NCBI GenBank assembly: GCA_963841435.1
Contig: CAWJCS010000006.1
Coordinates: forward strand, 416,001-480,000
Reading direction: 5' to 3'
Source: an uncultured delta proteobacterium
GTDB lineage: Bacteria > Myxococcota_A > Polyangia > Polyangiales > Polyangiaceae
DNA length: 64,000 bases
The notes beneath the pieces are model-generated. The model was given only the letters and a program-made list of their open reading frames with translations. It was not told the origin of the DNA and made no database searches. The translations under genes and the position numbers were made by a program. Of this stretch, positions 60,111 through 64,000 are shown piece after piece. Within the stretch, counting starts at the first letter, position 1; every line of letters begins with the position of its first letter.

Positions 60111-62561
60111 ATGACGCTCTCGACTCGCTCGTCCACGTCCTTGTTCACCAAGGCTCTCAGGACCCTGAGAAAGGGCGCCACCGGCGCCGCGTTGCTCGCC
60201 GGCTCGGCTGCCCTCACCGCGGGCTGCCTCGATCGCCCGGTGACGCCGGCAACACCGACGACGAGCAACGTCTTCATCAGCCAGATCCGCCAGACGGGCG
60301 TCGATAAGATCGACCTCTTGTTCATGATCGACAACTCGATCTCCATGGCTGACAAGCAGCAGATCCTGAGCCAGGCGGTGCCCGTGCTCGTGAACCGCCT
60401 CATCAGCCCCATCTGCGTCAACATGAACGGTATGCCGGCGGGCGGGCAGGCGCCGAACTGCCCGAACGGCTCGAGCCCGGAGTTCAAGGCCGTCGAGAAC
60501 ATCCACATCGGCCTCATCACGTCGAGCATCGGCGACCACGGTAGCGCCGACGTGTGCTCGGACGCCACCGCCACCGCCGACACGACGTACAACGATCGAG
60601 CGCAGCTCCTGCCGAGCGTGAACCAGCAGGCCACCGGCCGCGCTGCCCTCGCGAGCTGGAACAATTCAGGCTTTCTCGTGTGGGACCCCCGCCAGGCGAC
60701 CGGCGGCGTCACGCCGCACATGCCGCCCGGCTACGGCTCGCCGCTCGCGGGCAGCCCCGGCGACGCCGCCGCGATGATCACGGCGTTCACCAATCAGGTG
60801 ACGGCCGCTGGCGAGCACGGCTGCGGCTACGAGGCGCAGCTCGAGTCCTGGTACCGCTTCCTCATCGATCCGGAGCCTGTCGAGACCATGGGCAACAACG
60901 GGCAGTCGAGCGTGCGCGGCCCCGTGAACCAGGTCGTGCTCGCGCAGCGCGCCGCCTTCATGCGCCCCGACTCCCTGCTCGCGATCATCATGCTTTCGGA
61001 CGAAAACGACTGCTCCATCCTCGACGAGGACGGGTTGCAGGGCTGGCTCGTACCGTTCAAGGGCGGCCCCATGTTTAACACGTGGCGCATGCCGCGCGCC
61101 CACCAGATCTGCGCAACGCAGCCGAACAGCCCTGACTGCAAGCCCTGCGGCGCGGGTGACCCCGATCCGGCCTGCACGGGCATGGGCGAAAAGATGACCA
61201 CCTCCGAGGACAGCCCGAACGTGCGCTGTTTCAAGCAGAAGCAGCGCTTTGGCGTCGATCTCCTGTATCCGGTGCGCCGCTACATCGACGGCCTGACGCA
61301 GCCCTTCATCGACCCGCGCTACAACGGCATGCCCGTGGCAAACCCGCTCTTTGCAGGCGGCGCCGCCGGTGAGGCGGGACGTGACCGTGGCCTCGTGTTC
61401 CTCGCCGGTATCGTGGGCGTCCCCTGGCAGGACATCGCGACCGACGGCTCGATCATGGGTCAGCCGAACAGCCTGACGGCGATGCGGACGTTGCAGTACA
61501 TGACGGCCGAGGAGCTCAATGCGGCCAAGCGCTGGGACGTGATCCTGGGCGATCCCGACAACGCCGTGCAACCGACCGATCCCTTCATGATCGAATCGAT
61601 CGATCCGCGGCCCGTCATGCCGCACCCGTTCCTGCCGGGTGTTTCAACGTCGCCGCCGGACGCCACGATGCTGCTCAATCCGATCAACGGCCACGAGCAG
61701 CAGGTCATCGCCACCGAGCGCGCGGATCTCCAGTTCGCGTGCATCTTCGACCTCTCGACGCCGACGCCCTGCACCATGGCGAACGAGGGCGGCTGCGACT
61801 GCAACGCCGACGAGTATCCGAAGAACAGCCCGCTCTGCCAATACCCGGCGGCCGATATGGACGGCACGCAGCAGCGTGCCAAGGCCTACCCGGGAACGCG
61901 CGAGCTCCAGGTGCTCAAAGGCATCGCGTCGAACGCCATCGTCGCGAGCATCTGCCCGAAGAACATCACCGCCATGGGCGGCATGGCCGCGGACGCCAAC
62001 TACGGCTACAACCCCGCCGTCTCCGCGATCATCAGCCGCCTCAAGGAAGCGCTCACGGCGAAATGCCTGCCCCGCGCGCTCACTCCCGAGGACAACCCGG
62101 CATCGCCCGAAGTTGGCAAGGTGCCCTGCCAGGTGGTCGAGGTGCGACCCGAGGGGATGGGCGGCTCGTGCGAGGCCTGCGATCCGAGCATCGGTCGCTC
62201 GCCGCTCGAGGGCGAGGAGGCCAAGATCATCCCGGCCGTGAAGGAAGACCTCTTCAACCATGGCCAGTGCGGTGGCAGCGGTCAGGTGAGCTGCAGCGAC
62301 TTCTGCTTCTGCAAGATCCGGCAGTTCACCGACGCGGACCTCAGCACGTGCGTCAGTGTTGCGCAGGATCCGGGCAACCTGTTCGGCTACTGCTACGTCG
62401 ATCCGACGGTACCGAACTACAACAAGGACCTGCTCGCGTCGTGCGACCCGACGCAGCAGCGCATCCTGCGCTTCCTCGGCGGCAACCTGCCGGCCAAGGA
62501 CGGCCTCGCGTTCATCGCCTGCATCGGCGAAGCGGCGAGCGCGACCCAGGTCGCCCCGTAA
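60111..62561 (+). CDS. Large Cys-rich vWA-like lipoprotein of myxobacterial type
   Basis: Lipobox LTAGC; KIDLLFMIDNSISM (MIDAS-like DxSxS), GCGYEAQLES, LSDENDCS. Confidence 0.8.
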   Translation: MTLSTRSSTSLFTKALRTLRKGATGAALLAGSAALTAGCLDRPVTPATPTTSNVFISQIRQTGVDKIDLLFMIDNSISMADKQQILSQAVPVLVNRLISPICVNMNGMPAGGQAPNCPNGSSPEFKAVENIHIGLITSSIGDHGSADVCSDATATADTTYNDRAQLLPSVNQQATGRAALASWNNSGFLVWDPRQATGGVTPHMPPGYGSPLAGSPGDAAAMITAFTNQVTAAGEHGCGYEAQLESWYRFLIDPEPVETMGNNGQSSVRGPVNQVVLAQRAAFMRPDSLLAIIMLSDENDCSILDEDGLQGWLVPFKGGPMFNTWRMPRAHQICATQPNSPDCKPCGAGDPDPACTGMGEKMTTSEDSPNVRCFKQKQRFGVDLLYPVRRYIDGLTQPFIDPRYNGMPVANPLFAGGAAGEAGRDRGLVFLAGIVGVPWQDIATDGSIMGQPNSLTAMRTLQYMTAEELNAAKRWDVILGDPDNAVQPTDPFMIESIDPRPVMPHPFLPGVSTSPPDATMLLNPINGHEQQVIATERADLQFACIFDLSTPTPCTMANEGGCDCNADEYPKNSPLCQYPAADMDGTQQRAKAYPGTRELQVLKGIASNAIVASICPKNITAMGGMAADANYGYNPAVSAIISRLKEALTAKCLPRALTPEDNPASPEVGKVPCQVVEVRPEGMGGSCEACDPSIGRSPLEGEEAKIIPAVKEDLFNHGQCGGSGQVSCSDFCFCKIRQFTDADLSTCVSVAQDPGNLFGYCYVDPTVPNYNKDLLASCDPTQQRILRFLGGNLPAKDGLAFIACIGEAASATQVAP

Positions 62562-62637
62562 CGCACCGCGGGGCGACCGGGCTCGCGCCCTGGTCGCCCG
62601 CCTGCGGCATTCCGAGGCGCGTGCTAGCTTCGAGTGC

Positions 62638-63210
62638 GTGACGGTCGCGCCGAAGCTCCGGTTCTCCTTTCGAGAATACCTGCGCGTCGAGGCAGGGAGC
62701 AGCGCCAAGCACGAGTTCTTGGACGGGCTCATTCTCGGCATGGCGGGCGGCACGCCGGCGCACGCGGCGCTTGCCAGTGCCGTGGGGAGCTCGCTCACTC
62801 GCCAGCTCGAGGGGAAGCGTTGCCGGGTCTACAGCGAGGCGCTCCGCATCCGGGTCCTCGCGACGGGATTTGCCGGCTACCCCGACGTGACCGTGGTGTG
62901 CCAAAAGCTCGAGGTCAATCCCGAGGACGAGAACACCGTCACGAACCCCGCGGTCGTGGTCGAGGTCCTGAGCCCGAGCACGGAGGGCTACGACCGCGGC
63001 GAGAAGCTCGCCCAATATCAGCGTATCCCGTCACTTTCTCACATCGTGCTCGTCGCGCACGACACGCCCTCGATCGAGGTCTGGCTTCGCGAGGGCGCGG
63101 CGTGGCGCTCGATCAGCGCCGGTCCGGGCGGGCGCGCGGAGCTTGCTGCGATCGGTTGCGTGCTCGACGTGGACACCGTCTACCGCGATCCGCTGGCTCT
63201 GCCGTCGTGA
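62638..63210 (+). CDS. Uma2/DUF820 family endonuclease-like protein
   Basis: KHEFLDG..MAGGTPAH, YPDVTVVC, NPAVVVEVLSPSTEGYDRGEK..YQRIPSL. Confidence 0.92.
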   Translation: MTVAPKLRFSFREYLRVEAGSSAKHEFLDGLILGMAGGTPAHAALASAVGSSLTRQLEGKRCRVYSEALRIRVLATGFAGYPDVTVVCQKLEVNPEDENTVTNPAVVVEVLSPSTEGYDRGEKLAQYQRIPSLSHIVLVAHDTPSIEVWLREGAAWRSISAGPGGRAELAAIGCVLDVDTVYRDPLALPS

Positions 63211-63302
63211 AGGCGCTCTGGGACCTGCCCTCCGCGCTCCAGCCGCACGCCGCGCTTGCTGCTTGAACACCGGTGCCGCTCGGGACAAGCTCGCTCTCGA
63301 CG

Positions 63303-64000
<698 letters not shown>

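Noticed and set aside
62638-63210. Uma2 gene as a defence system
   Set aside because: Solitary member of a commonly expanded family; no partner genes

Overview
Very GC-rich bacterial DNA. Gene content points to Myxococcota, probably Polyangiaceae/Sorangiineae-like (Cys-rich and Gly-linker lipoproteins, vWA-like lipoprotein, ECF/FecR/OMP triad); this is inference. Housekeeping backbone: galK (partial, absent from the ORF track), hisC, holB, thiE, DUF444-spoVR, gcvR-like, gatB, hemB, glnE, trpF-B-A, a mevalonate cluster (fni, polyprenyl synthase, mvk, mvaD, PMK, mvaA), vanW-like, uvrC and an OmpR-type regulator. Two accessory regions stand out. (1) About 13.4-26.35 kb: a CzcCBA-type efflux system with metal-binding-like lipoproteins, a Tat Rieske protein, an ECF sigma/anti-sigma pair (anti-sigma split by an in-frame TGA) and a DUF347 membrane protein, bounded on both sides by gene remnants. 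(2) About 50.9-54.1 kb: a Y1/HUH (RAYT-like) transposase surrounded by direct tandem arrays of several different units (7, 27, 30, 42, 9 and about 39 bp), one carrying a hairpin in every unit; this is my best candidate for an undescribed system. Also notable are a GH12-like domain lacking its nucleophile Glu and a recurring TAnnnT-7nt-start signature suggesting leaderless genes. Several frameshifts are probably sequencing indels. No rRNA, tRNA or CRISPR was recognised. All calls come from motif recognition by eye; no searches were run.
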